Below are positions 25,801-32,000 of a stretch of 32,000 bases of DNA, in pieces. Position numbers and translations under genes: made by a program. Source of the DNA: Thermococcus sp. JdFR-02 (GTDB taxonomy: Archaea > Methanobacteriota_B > Thermococci > Thermococcales > Thermococcaceae); NCBI GenBank assembly GCA_002009975.1, contig MTLP01000028.1:24546-56545 (forward strand). Reading direction: 5' to 3'. Positions within the stretch are counted from its first letter, which is position 1; each line of letters begins with the position of its first letter. The notes under the pieces were generated by a model. That model saw only the letters and a list, made by a program, of their open reading frames with translations, was not told where the DNA came from and made no database searches.

Positions 25801-25823
25801 AAATTTTGACAGAAGCTTTGTAA
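19866..25823 (+). CDS. Secreted giant subtilisin-like (S8, pyrolysin-like) serine protease, 1985 aa
   Basis: Signal peptide MSRKTLSVLIISLMLFSVVPVALVSAG. Catalytic motifs are NVAIID(263)SGVD, GGGDH(813)GTLCAAAV, AAGN(917)GGPG and SGTS(1014)LATPMAAG. There are two PPC-like domains, a CARDB-like domain and a helical C-terminal tail. Confidence 0.92.
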   Translation: MSRKTLSVLIISLMLFSVVPVALVSAGVTDSEPQVSHKVTKLAIISKEPETAKDPMEKIEPKLLDILKGKVEVYVPEVNGKKLLPIHIVTTSDISSKLRGVEVVGKSEIAGMTVYLALVPIKEESERIILKIASIPEVEAVTRTNPFEPIGDVKPIEEKENREFVKIPKSKFSKLIELKGEWFPEEVNGYRVVKLTDLLPEKLKELQDQSLARRGEITLEKREVEVKNPIQPQDYFAIYHHGALNTWVDLGITGAGINVAIIDSGVDFGNPDLQDAYAVEMNPESPYYGWPIAFSGHSMIWYLLMNMTFPDYIYSWYANTSRYVLSPIIMEGNFSIGYKGNFTTVFTSMDLANVIDDYERADIINATLDWIGNVSTILLVDDDGEDLLEEFYVNALDILGVNYTYYEVPYGKIGPNSTVMSNYDLVMWFTGATYKDTLTVEDIGNLTEYLDNGGKLWFISQDYLYDKDDGPIYTNRHVIYKQENATAPPEGNSTEHYFNVTASAPILRVVTTSDYSNLDIDIELYYYNETSGEWEFIDDSDGLDSMEEIIIENPLIGQYMVDVYSFENPEYDNATYTIKVETANISGYFTYEYLHVGNVSIEDMPVPTVLEDFNGAKYRAGEVYYGIYESPTDIWADYIVPDENATVLLRGYTAYATNGSTIYLVKLPLNNNLEVPTQSEEVHLGLHPDLALWFYWYGGWVLVTDPNNATVYDTVYVDLTPVWGVPDFNEDVGHTKNNPVVQLDFWDAFNDEFGQDGYADLSGGLIYFIADGQTPIPYADIVASRWGLNLPIPENGELVAFMIGTDWIGGGDHGTLCAAAVGARGRTFMGLTFGTAIEAKIIAEGSLYSGGSWFDYVYFAVQGYDGVPGTGDEAFVVSNSYGNSYVINKGYYYADRFIDFVTTLYTPWVTFLFAAGNGGPGYGTVTSEGASPGVITVGAAVEYGYRNLFGYDGGPLGYEFANYGDVVEFSNKGPNALGQVDPDILAVGAFALGSLPVNSIGDGFWASTLWSGTSLATPMAAGITALVYQAYYLAHGTYPTSQEVREILMSTADNVNHDVFSQGAGFLNAYRAVMAALNQEGIVVSPSLWQAGDYNGQEYRAFAKIMYPGESDSQEFVVKNMNQAADKNVSVSAEIFEKIGETTFEVSVGGLYRIDQYIPDDAELMKVTMYIPYEQFDEDWDYSYDTYLYFELFAWTDTNGNGTVEFWYETNRIQHAAKAGTTASTMLGNPWDKFTDGLLLRIRAGGYNNIVKLEFYKRVPWEWVTIDNSSLIVAANGSATFTATLTVPEDTPFGVYEGAIYLKYDGTETTIPISVVVASPTPEFEFGGDINATGLYDNSNVYGYMDWWWRYESGDWRLFYFDIGDEYSIGDNTYVVADVSWDGSLPTDIDLHLLGPEEDDWSYYFPEIYGPYALNVIASSKDTYMGSGIFQFATSSGGTREIIAGKAQNGLHALWLHNVLFDGNASFRTFYGRVGLLNVYPNEWNEYITQENGTMQFLVSRTIDFGNITASAKSAITEGYKDVLAPDTGDSHYYAFNVTTGSVRLHVKLTSIYDDLAGVDLDLYVYYNGQLIGSSLSPTSDEEVVVDDPEPGEYIIEVYSWNNPVPGEATYDLEIYDFGGEKLEVLDITEIGTEEYQIDLAYHDIPVNESTLGTEVKGLVFIGSDLAPKLVTVPVTLIVGNISSRADTRIVNVILESEEDVIKVGSTVSIKATIVNEGPAIASNAEVVLFKDNVPIDRVVLGDFNISEVYEVVFNVTITDDIAHEYKVVVSSDNDYNMGNNYNIMNIKGMEVEEFLFSETGNVTINAVFDGIAEVTTVEKKERKIEVTVDGTHGAIVTLMFNLPRDLHYYDVIIYDADLISSRIIRVATSTILEVKVQLHSPAQITVEYMTASEALYQIGTLWYVVYNKKLDTFEELYNKAVELGIDNETIQEALHHKEIAEQYYEEAGKFGPIIRNLTNPKVLPYLRKAYIHMKRAVEILTEAL
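20766..22298 (+). other. Insertion of about 500-550 aa between the catalytic Asp and His of the S8 domain
   Basis: D263 codon at 20652..20654 and H813 codon at 22302..22304. The insert contains an alpha/beta module (TILLVDDDGE...YDLVMWFTG...GGKLWFISQD, about 20960..21270) and a PPC-like beta module (HYFNVTA...DIDIELYYY...GQYMVDVYSF...YTIKVE, about 21348..21608). Confidence 0.75.
24459..24719 (+). other. Second PPC (pre-peptidase C-terminal)-like domain
   Basis: HYYAFNVTTGSVRLHVKL...GVDLDLYVYYNGQLIG...PGEYIIEVYSW...ATYDLEIYDF. Confidence 0.6.
24930..25215 (+). other. CARDB-like (cell-adhesion-related, Ig-like) domain
   Basis: VGSTVSIKATIVNEGPAIASNAEVVLFKDNVPIDRVVLGDFNISEVYEVVFNVTI...DNDYNMGNN. 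Confidence 0.5.
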
Positions 25824-25832
25824 TCTTGAATT

Positions 25833-25868
25833 TCTCTTTTCTTTTTTAGTTTTTTAATTTTTAATTCC
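25833..25868 (+). terminator. T-tract terminator downstream of the protease gene
   Basis: TTTCTCTTTTCTTTTTTAGTTTTTTAATTTTTAATT lies directly after the TAA at 25821..25823. Confidence 0.55.
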
Positions 25869-25873
25869 GAAAG

Positions 25874-25881
25874 TTTTATAA
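25874..25881 (+). promoter_or_regulatory. Candidate TATA box for the stomatin-NfeD operon
   Basis: AAAG-TTTTATAA is about 50 nt upstream of the ATG at 25930, with a GGGGGT RBS at 25918..25923. Confidence 0.45.
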
Positions 25882-25929
25882 TGCTATTTTAATTAACTTA
25901 AGTTGGCAAAACTATTTGGGGGTATAGTA

Positions 25930-26829
25930 ATGCTAGGGACCCTTGCAATTGTGGTACTTGGAGTGTTTTTGCTTTTGATGCTTGTTTTAAGCGTGAAAGT
26001 GATACGACCATACCAAAAGGGCTTAGTTGAAAGGCTTGGAAAATTCAACAGAATTTTAGATCCTGGAATACACTTTATTGTGCCTTTTATGGAAAGTGTG
26101 AAAGTAGTTGACATGAGGGAGCACGTGATAGATGTCCCACCTCAAGAGGTCATTTGTAAGGATAATGTGGTTGTTACAGTAGATGCGGTTGTTTATTACC
26201 AAGTGCTTGATCCAGTAAAAGCTACTTACAACGTGAGCAACTTCTTAATGGCAATAATCAAACTTGCACAGACCAACTTGAGAGCAATAATTGGTGAAAT
26301 GGAGCTTGATGAGACCTTAAGCGGTAGAGATGTAATTAACGCTCGCTTAAGAGAGGAACTTGACAAAATAACCGACAGATGGGGAGTAAAAATTACGAGG
26401 GTTGAAATCCAGAGGATTGACCCACCAAGGGATATTCAAGAGGCAATGGCAAAGCAAATGACAGCTGAGAGAGAAAAGAGAGCAATGATTCTCCTAGCAG
26501 AGGGTGAGAGGGAGAGTGCAATTAAGAAAGCTGAAGGTGAAAAGCAAGCAAGGATTTTAAGGGCTGAAGGTATGAAACAAGAGCAAATTCTCGTTGCAGA
26601 GGGTCAAGCTGAAGCAATTAGAAAGGTTTTAGAAGCATTAAAGTTGGCGGATGAGAAGTATTTGGCTTTACAATACATAGAAAGACTACCAGAGCTAGCA
26701 AAATACGGAAACTTAATTGTGCCTTATGACACTGAGTCTTTAATTGGTCTCCTTAGAGTTCTTCAAAAAATTGGAAAAACAAAAATGCCTATAAGCACTG
26801 AAAACGTAGAAAAAACAGGTGAGCAGTGA
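25930..26829 (+). CDS. SPFH/band-7 protein (prokaryotic stomatin)
   Basis: N-terminal TM, then VKVIRPYQKGLVERLGKF..IL.PGIHFIVPF, and an EA-rich coiled coil (AEREKRA..LAEGE...AEGEKQA..L.AEG). The ATG at 25930 is preferred over the TTG at 25903. Confidence 0.92.
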   Translation: MLGTLAIVVLGVFLLLMLVLSVKVIRPYQKGLVERLGKFNRILDPGIHFIVPFMESVKVVDMREHVIDVPPQEVICKDNVVVTVDAVVYYQVLDPVKATYNVSNFLMAIIKLAQTNLRAIIGEMELDETLSGRDVINARLREELDKITDRWGVKITRVEIQRIDPPRDIQEAMAKQMTAEREKRAMILLAEGERESAIKKAEGEKQARILRAEGMKQEQILVAEGQAEAIRKVLEALKLADEKYLALQYIERLPELAKYGNLIVPYDTESLIGLLRVLQKIGKTKMPISTENVEKTGEQ

Positions 26830-27242
26830 TGGAATATCTTCCTCTTTTACTTTTAATTTTGGGCTTGCTTATAGTAGTGCTTGATATGATGATTACAGCA
26901 TTTATAACGCCAATTGGAATTGCATTTGCAACCTTAGGGCTTTTGTTAATGTTTAACGTTAATTTTAACGTTGCTTTTGTGATATCATTAATAGCCGCAG
27001 TTGTGAGCTATCACCTCTTTGCAAAGTTTATAAAAAAGGGCACTGAGGATATTGGAAAACCAAGATACACTTTTGAGCTGAAGGGCAAGAAAGGAAAAGT
27101 GAGTCATGTTAAAGGAGATGAAGTATGGGTAGAGCTTGAAGGAGAAGAATGGCTAGCTAAACCTCTTGAGGATGTGAATGAAGGGGATGAAGTAGTGGTT
27201 GTTGATGTTGATGGAATAAAATTAATTGTTCGTAAAGCTTGA
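26829..27242 (+). CDS. Short NfeD-family membrane protein (TM segments + C-terminal OB-fold)
   Basis: The ATG overlaps the stomatin TGA (ATGA). Two or three TM segments are followed by GKKGKVSHVKGDEVWVELEGEEWLAKPLEDVNEGDEVVVVDVDGIKLIV, a typical NfeD C-terminal beta-barrel. Confidence 0.8.
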   Translation: MEYLPLLLLILGLLIVVLDMMITAFITPIGIAFATLGLLLMFNVNFNVAFVISLIAAVVSYHLFAKFIKKGTEDIGKPRYTFELKGKKGKVSHVKGDEVWVELEGEEWLAKPLEDVNEGDEVVVVDVDGIKLIVRKA

Positions 27243-27289
27243 ATAAGTTTTTAAATCTCCATCCTCTTTTCTCTATTAAGGTGGATTAA

Positions 27290-27592
27290 ATGAAGATTTA
27301 TGTGAAAGTTTATCGCGTTCAGGGAGAGGTACTGTTAGCTGCTTGTGATGAGGAGTTAATTGGAAAAACCCTTAGAGAGGGGGAGCTTAAGTTAGAGGTC
27401 AAAGAACGCTTTTATAAAGGAAAATTGGTTGAAGTTAATGCCTTGGAGGAGCTTTTAGACGAAGCTACTATAGCAAACTTAGTTGGAGAGAGATGCGTGG
27501 GCAAAGCTATTGAGCTCGGTTATGTTGATAAAGATAGGGTACTTTACATCCAAGGAATTCCTCATGCACAGATGGCTAAACTTTTATGGTAA
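27290..27592 (+). CDS. DUF424-family conserved archaeal protein
   Basis: MKIYVKVYR..GEVLLAACDEELIGK...L.V...FYKG pattern. 100 aa. AAGGTGG RBS. Confidence 0.6.
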   Translation: MKIYVKVYRVQGEVLLAACDEELIGKTLREGELKLEVKERFYKGKLVEVNALEELLDEATIANLVGERCVGKAIELGYVDKDRVLYIQGIPHAQMAKLLW

Positions 27593-27609
27593 ACTGAGAG
27601 GTGATATCG

Positions 27610-28767
27610 GTGAGATTCTGTTATAGGTGTGGAATTAGTGAGAGTGAGGGAGGTCCTTTAATTGATGGATTATGCCAAGTTTGCTTTAGAAAGGAAAACC
27701 CAGTCCTTTTAATGGAAAGTGAGATAAATACAGAGCTTTGTCAAAACTGTGGAAGTTATAAGAAGAGAGGAGTTTGGGTTGACCCAAAAACTTATGAGCT
27801 CGACGAATTAATATTTGAAGTTGCTGATAATGCTTTAATTGAGAGCTTAACTTTCGATGAGAGGATCAGAGAGTTCCACATTGTTTCAAAAGAAGAGCTT
27901 GAAGAAATTGGTGATTTACCTATTGGAATTGCATATGTTAGCTATGAGCCAATTAACTGGCATATTGAGTATTTCCCAGCAATTGTAACTTATAACGTGG
28001 AAGTCAAAGCCAGAATTCATGAGCTACAGAGAGAGCTTCACCATGAAAAGAAAGAGATTATTGTCTATGTAAGGCAAACCGTTTGTCCAAGATGTCAAAA
28101 GTTCCTTGGTGGTTACTTTGAGGCTATTTTACAAGTTAGAGCTCAAGAAAGGGAACTGACGAAGGAAGAGAGGGAGGAGATTGCAAAGCTTGTTCAAGAA
28201 AAAGTCGATGAGATAATGAGAAAGGATAGAATGGGTTTTATTCAAGAAACAGTTGAACTTGAAGAAGGGATTGACTTTTACATGGGTTCGAAAGGCTCTG
28301 CAAGGAAATTAGCTCAAGCTATTAGAGATAAGTACGGTGGAGAAATAAGCGAAGCCTATGAGCTGGTTGGCGTGGATAGACAGACGAGTAAAGAGGTTTA
28401 TAGAACAAGTGTAAGTGTTAGACTTCCAAAGTTCAGAAAAGGTGATATTGTGGGGGATAAAAGGGGTAATGTTTACAGGGTTGAGGAAGTAAACGGAAAG
28501 GGGATGGGCTTAAGGAACCTCTCTACTCATAAGAGCGAGCATAAAGATTGGAAAGCGATAAAGAGGGAAGAGGTTGATCTAGTAGAACATGAGAAAAAAG
28601 AAGCCATGCTCACGAGTTTAACACCTAAAGAGGCTCAGTTTATGGACATGGAAAGTTATGAAACTTTTGAGATTGAGAAGCCGAGTATAGAACTTAAAGA
28701 GGGCGAAGTTTACAAGCTCGTGAAAATCAGAGGAAGATACTATATCGAAGGCAAAAAGAAAAACTGA
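27610..28767 (+). CDS. Archaeal NMD3-family protein (large-ribosomal-subunit biogenesis/export adaptor homolog)
   Basis: N-terminal Zn clusters RFCYRCG..GLCQVCF..CQNCGSY and later CPRCQ. The EAILQVRA block is typical of NMD3. The GTG at 27610 lies 7 nt after GAGGTGA; an alternative GTG is at 27601. Confidence 0.85.
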   Translation: MRFCYRCGISESEGGPLIDGLCQVCFRKENPVLLMESEINTELCQNCGSYKKRGVWVDPKTYELDELIFEVADNALIESLTFDERIREFHIVSKEELEEIGDLPIGIAYVSYEPINWHIEYFPAIVTYNVEVKARIHELQRELHHEKKEIIVYVRQTVCPRCQKFLGGYFEAILQVRAQERELTKEEREEIAKLVQEKVDEIMRKDRMGFIQETVELEEGIDFYMGSKGSARKLAQAIRDKYGGEISEAYELVGVDRQTSKEVYRTSVSVRLPKFRKGDIVGDKRGNVYRVEEVNGKGMGLRNLSTHKSEHKDWKAIKREEVDLVEHEKKEAMLTSLTPKEAQFMDMESYETFEIEKPSIELKEGEVYKLVKIRGRYYIEGKKKN

Positions 28768-28834
28768 TTTTTCCACACTTTTGACCCATAATGTTTTTAA
28801 ATGTCTTTTCTTTTTGAATTTTAGGTGGACCAAA

Positions 28835-30160
28835 ATGACCAGGAGAGTTGTTATTATCGGTGGTGGAGCTGCGGGAATGAGCACAGCTTCGAGAGTGAAG
28901 AAGTTGAAGCCTAGTTGGGATGTTAAAGTTTTTGAAGCAACGGGATGGATTAGTCATGCCCCCTGTGGAGTTCCTTATGTCATTGAAGGAATTTCACCAA
29001 AGGAAAGGTTAATGCACTATCCCCCAGAGTTCTTTATCAAAAAGAGAGGTATTGACCTGCATTTAAATTCTAAGGTTGTTGAAGTCGAACAGGGTTATGT
29101 TAGAGTACAAGAGGGAGATAGGGAGAAAAAATACGACTGGGATTATCTAGTTTTTGCTAATGGCGCTTCTCCAAAGGTACTGCCAATTGAGGGTATTGAT
29201 TTAAAGGGTGTTTTTACAGCTGATCTCCCTCTAGATGCAGTTGCAATCCAAGAATACATGCAAAAATATGATGTTAGAGACGTCGTTGTAATTGGGACTG
29301 GTTACATAGCTTTGGAAATGGCTGAAGCATTTGTTGCTCAAGGTAAAAATGTCACACTAATTGGGAGAAGTGGAAGAGTTTTAAGGAAAACCTATGACAA
29401 GGAGATTACTGATGTAGTTGAGCAAAAACTTAAGGAACACTTAAATCTTAGATTAAAAGAGCTAACAGTTGAAATTAAAGGAAAAGAGAGGGTTGAAAAA
29501 GTAATAACTGATGCAAGCGAATACAAAGCGGATTTGGTTATTATAGCAACTGGAATAAAACCAAATATTGAATTAGCTAAGCAGTTAGGTGTTAGGATCG
29601 GTGAAACTGGGGCAATTTGGACAAATGAAAGGATGGAAACAAGTGTTGAAAATGTTTATGCAGCTGGTGACGTTGCAGAAACAAGACATCTAATAACTAA
29701 AAGAAGAGTTTGGATTCCTTTAGCCCCAGTAGGTAATAAAATGGGTTATGTCGCTGGCTCCAATATAGCGGGGAATAGTATAACTTTTCCGGGCATTTTA
29801 GGAACTCAAATAACAAAGTTCATGGATTTAGAAATTGGAAAAACAGGTTTAAGTGAGACAGAGGCAATAAAAGAAGGGTATGATGTTAAAACAGCATTTA
29901 TTGAAGCGAAAACAAAGCCTCATTACTATCCAGGAGCAAAGGAGATTTGGCTCAAAGCAATAGCAGAGAAAGAAACAAACAAACTCTTAGGCTTACAAGC
30001 AGTTGGAAGCGAAGTTTTACCAAGAATCGATGCCTTTGCAATAGCTTTGCAAGCAGGTTTTACAACTAAGGACTTATTCTTTAGCGACTTAGCATACGCA
30101 CCGCCATTTGCCCCGGTTTGGGATCCATTGATTGTTTTAGCGAGGGTCTTGAAGTTTTAA
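28835..30160 (+). CDS. CoA-disulfide reductase / NAD(P)H:sulfur oxidoreductase-type pyridine nucleotide-disulfide oxidoreductase
   Basis: [12 protein letters not shown] (FAD GxGxxG), the single redox Cys in SHAPCGVPY, a second Rossmann [15 protein letters not shown], and AAGDVAE. From memory it closely resembles the Pyrococcus CoADR. AGGTGG RBS before the ATG at 28835. Confidence 0.9.
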   Translation: MTRRVVIIGGGAAGMSTASRVKKLKPSWDVKVFEATGWISHAPCGVPYVIEGISPKERLMHYPPEFFIKKRGIDLHLNSKVVEVEQGYVRVQEGDREKKYDWDYLVFANGASPKVLPIEGIDLKGVFTADLPLDAVAIQEYMQKYDVRDVVVIGTGYIALEMAEAFVAQGKNVTLIGRSGRVLRKTYDKEITDVVEQKLKEHLNLRLKELTVEIKGKERVEKVITDASEYKADLVIIATGIKPNIELAKQLGVRIGETGAIWTNERMETSVENVYAAGDVAETRHLITKRRVWIPLAPVGNKMGYVAGSNIAGNSITFPGILGTQITKFMDLEIGKTGLSETEAIKEGYDVKTAFIEAKTKPHYYPGAKEIWLKAIAEKETNKLLGLQAVGSEVLPRIDAFAIALQAGFTTKDLFFSDLAYAPPFAPVWDPLIVLARVLKF

Positions 30161-30915
30161 ACCCTTATTAAATATTTTTTGCTCTCTTCTCCAAATCCTC
30201 TGAAAGAACCGAGCTTTAGCTTTAACAATGCTTTATCAATATTTATTACCTTCATGGAGGCTATATGGGTAATCCCAGTTTCTTTAAAGAACTCTGGAAG
30301 TGCTTGAGCACTTGGACCGACTAAAATTCTAAGCTTAGCTTTTTTGGAACGTTCTAGAATCAGGTCTAAGGTGTCATTAATCAATGCTGAGCCGCTAATT
30401 AATAATGCATCCATCTTTGGCAGCAAACGATATTCTAAAGCATCGCTAAAGGTTTCTTTATCCATTATCTTTGGATTTCTCTCGAAAACATAGACTTCGT
30501 AACCTCTTTCCTTCATACTTTTAACCAGTGGGGGCATGTTTCCAATTAATGCTACTCTTCTAATTCCTTCAGTTTTAAAGACAATCTCACTCCCATCTTC
30601 TTCATTTGCACAGCTTAAATCAATGTAGTACTGGGAGACAGCATTTATTGCTGCTATTCCAAGTGTTCTCTCTATTATGTTCAGGCTGTTGGATTTTTCT
30701 ATAAAACTCTCAACGCTAATCTCTTCAAAGCTCGATTTGTAAACCTGTATTTCCTCTGGTAAAGTCATTGCAACTCCAAGGGCTTTTCCTTTTTTGCCTC
30801 CTATTAGAACATATGTGTAAGGCAAAGCAAAAGAGAAATCTAAGATTCTAAGATCTTCATTAATTATTGAGAGGGCTTTTTCCTTTAGCTCATCAATTAT
30901 CATTAAGCTCACCAC
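30157..30915 (-). CDS. DUF4213/DUF364 (Rossmann-like, putative metal-chelation) domain protein
   Basis: '[16 protein letters not shown]' followed by '[11 protein letters not shown]...' is the typical DUF364 pattern. 252 aa. Confidence 0.6.
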   Translation of the reverse strand: MVSLMIIDELKEKALSIINEDLRILDFSFALPYTYVLIGGKKGKALGVAMTLPEEIQVYKSSFEEISVESFIEKSNSLNIIERTLGIAAINAVSQYYIDLSCANEEDGSEIVFKTEGIRRVALIGNMPPLVKSMKERGYEVYVFERNPKIMDKETFSDALEYRLLPKMDALLISGSALINDTLDLILERSKKAKLRILVGPSAQALPEFFKETGITHIASMKVINIDKALLKLKLGSFRGFGEESKKYLIRV

Positions 30916-30921
30916 TGAATT

Positions 30922-32000
30922 TTAGCATCTTGACCCTTTTAACCCTTTTATTGGTATAAGGCTGAGGAAAACAAAAAGAGATGCTAATGCAAAGTTTGTT
31001 TGAAAGCCGAAGTGCTGAACTATAAATCCACTTGCAAAGCTTCCTATAATGAATCCGCTTGAATTAACCAAGTTGAAAACTCCCATGACAGTTCCTTTTT
31101 CATTTTCTCTAGCTAATTTCCCAATTATTGAAGTTGTGGATATGCCAATGAAGGACCATGAGTAGCCAGCCAGGAAATATGAGAGTATGGCAATTATAAA
31201 TGAGGCTACACTGTTGAGAAACACTCCTACAACTAGAAGGCTAATTCCAAAAAATCTCAAAATTAGACCTTCTCTGAGAACTTTGAATCCTTCTTTTTCC
31301 TTGAGCATAATTCCAACCCTTGTGTACATATATGCCGAAATTGATGAGTTTATTATTGCAGCTAAATAAACGTGGGTTTTTTCAAATCCCCTGAAGATAA
31401 GAAATACTGGGTATTGAGAGAAATATAGACCTGTGGCAATCCAAAAAAGCATAGATGAGGTATAAAATCTTTTAAATCTTGAAAGGCTTTTTAGGGCGTT
31501 GGGTATATGGAGCATGAAGTTTGGCATGTAGCGCATCTTTTCTGTAACATAGTTAACGAAGACTCCAATACTTTGTCTGTTGACATAAATTGGGGCTTCT
31601 CTAATCCATGAAAGACTTAGGATTATGGAGGGAATATTTAACAATGCAAATAAAATGAAAAGCTGTTTGATAGTCAAGATTCTTGAAAGGGCAAGCCCTA
31701 AGGATAATCCCAGCACCCATCCCCAGCCCCCAATTTCATTAAATTTCCCAATTCCATAGTCCCAGTTGAGCTTTCTTAAGCTCCTTAGGATGAGAACTAT
31801 TGAAACGGAAAGGGTTGTTGCTAAAAAGAAGGTATAGATAGAATTGAGGGCTATAACGCCTTCTACACTGTTTATGAATGGGAGTAACAATAGAAATAGG
31901 GTAACGCTCATGAATCCTGTTATTATGAAAACTTTTCTCTTCAAAGTTCTATCTGAAACTCTTCCCCAAAAGAGAGCACCAAGCATTGATGATAAGCTCC
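30922..32000 (-). CDS. MFS-type transporter (5' partial, continues beyond the window)
   Basis: 'GALFWGRVSDRTLKRK' (MFS loop 2-3 motif G..sDR.GR(K/R)) and about 10 TM segments. The ORF is open at the window end. Its stop is 6 nt upstream of the DUF364 start, so the two are a likely operon. Confidence 0.75.
   Translation of the reverse strand, partial: SLSSMLGALFWGRVSDRTLKRKVFIITGFMSVTLFLLLLPFINSVEGVIALNSIYTFFLATTLSVSIVLILRSLRKLNWDYGIGKFNEIGGWGWVLGLSLGLALSRILTIKQLFILFALLNIPSIILSLSWIREAPIYVNRQSIGVFVNYVTEKMRYMPNFMLHIPNALKSLSRFKRFYTSSMLFWIATGLYFSQYPVFLIFRGFEKTHVYLAAIINSSISAYMYTRVGIMLKEKEGFKVLREGLILRFFGISLLVVGVFLNSVASFIIAILSYFLAGYSWSFIGISTTSIIGKLARENEKGTVMGVFNLVNSSGFIIGSFASGFIVQHFGFQTNFALASLFVFLSLIPIKGLKGSRC

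Noticed and set aside
25930-27242. Stomatin + NfeD pair immediately downstream of the giant protease, considered as a novel protease-regulating system
   Set aside because: SPFH-NfeD operons are widespread and well described. This NfeD is the short form without a protease domain. A T-tract terminator and a separate TATA box separate the pair from the protease gene.
28768-28834. SurR-type operator (GTTn3AAC) upstream of the CoA-disulfide reductase/NSR-like gene
   Set aside because: The only candidate, GTTTTTAAA, lacks the AAC half and is more simply the TATA box.
28618-28957. Minus-strand ORFs (88 and 76 aa) across the NMD3 3' end and CoADR 5' end
   Set aside because: They are antisense to two confidently called genes and their junction, with no signals and an unremarkable composition.
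1-32000. Searched by eye for CRISPR arrays, IS elements/transposases, integrases, long terminal or inverted repeats, and defence-system hallmarks
   Set aside because: No regularly spaced repeats, no transposase- or integrase-like ORFs and no compositional break were seen. The window reads as core chromosome.

Overview
This window looks like a chromosomal segment from a hyperthermophilic euryarchaeon of the Thermococcales type (about 40% GC). The evidence is archaeal TTTATA(A/T)A boxes, GGTG-type ribosome-binding sites, and archaeal-type apgM, NMD3 and AglB/STT3 genes. PpsA and CoA-disulfide reductase also resemble, from memory, the Pyrococcus/Thermococcus enzymes. I call 28 protein genes and one tRNA-Leu(CAA). 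The genes are tightly packed, and most are housekeeping or membrane functions. They include cbiB-cobD (corrinoid aminopropanol arm), rpiA, two tandem MATE exporters, ppsA and apgM. They also include an M20 amidohydrolase, a stomatin/NfeD pair, DUF424, NMD3 and CoA-disulfide reductase. I see no CRISPR array, transposase, integrase, toxin-antitoxin pair or recognisable defence island. What stands out is unusual domain architecture rather than a novel multi-gene system. (1) A threonine-synthase-like PLP protein has Arg in place of the Schiff-base Lys (GSF-R-DR) and carries a C-terminal winged-helix domain. It looks like a pseudoenzyme turned ligand-sensing regulator, and it sits next to corrinoid-salvage genes. 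(2) An AglB/STT3-like oligosaccharyltransferase paralog (WWDVG motif) has a C-terminal alpha/alpha-toroid-like domain with QxxxG(G/Q/R)(F/W) repeats. It is divergently paired with an uncharacterised polytopic membrane protein. (3) A secreted, sequon-rich subtilisin-like protease of 1985 aa has about 550 residues inserted between its catalytic Asp and His. The insertion carries two extra modules. All functional calls come from motif recognition by eye and need HMM or structure confirmation.
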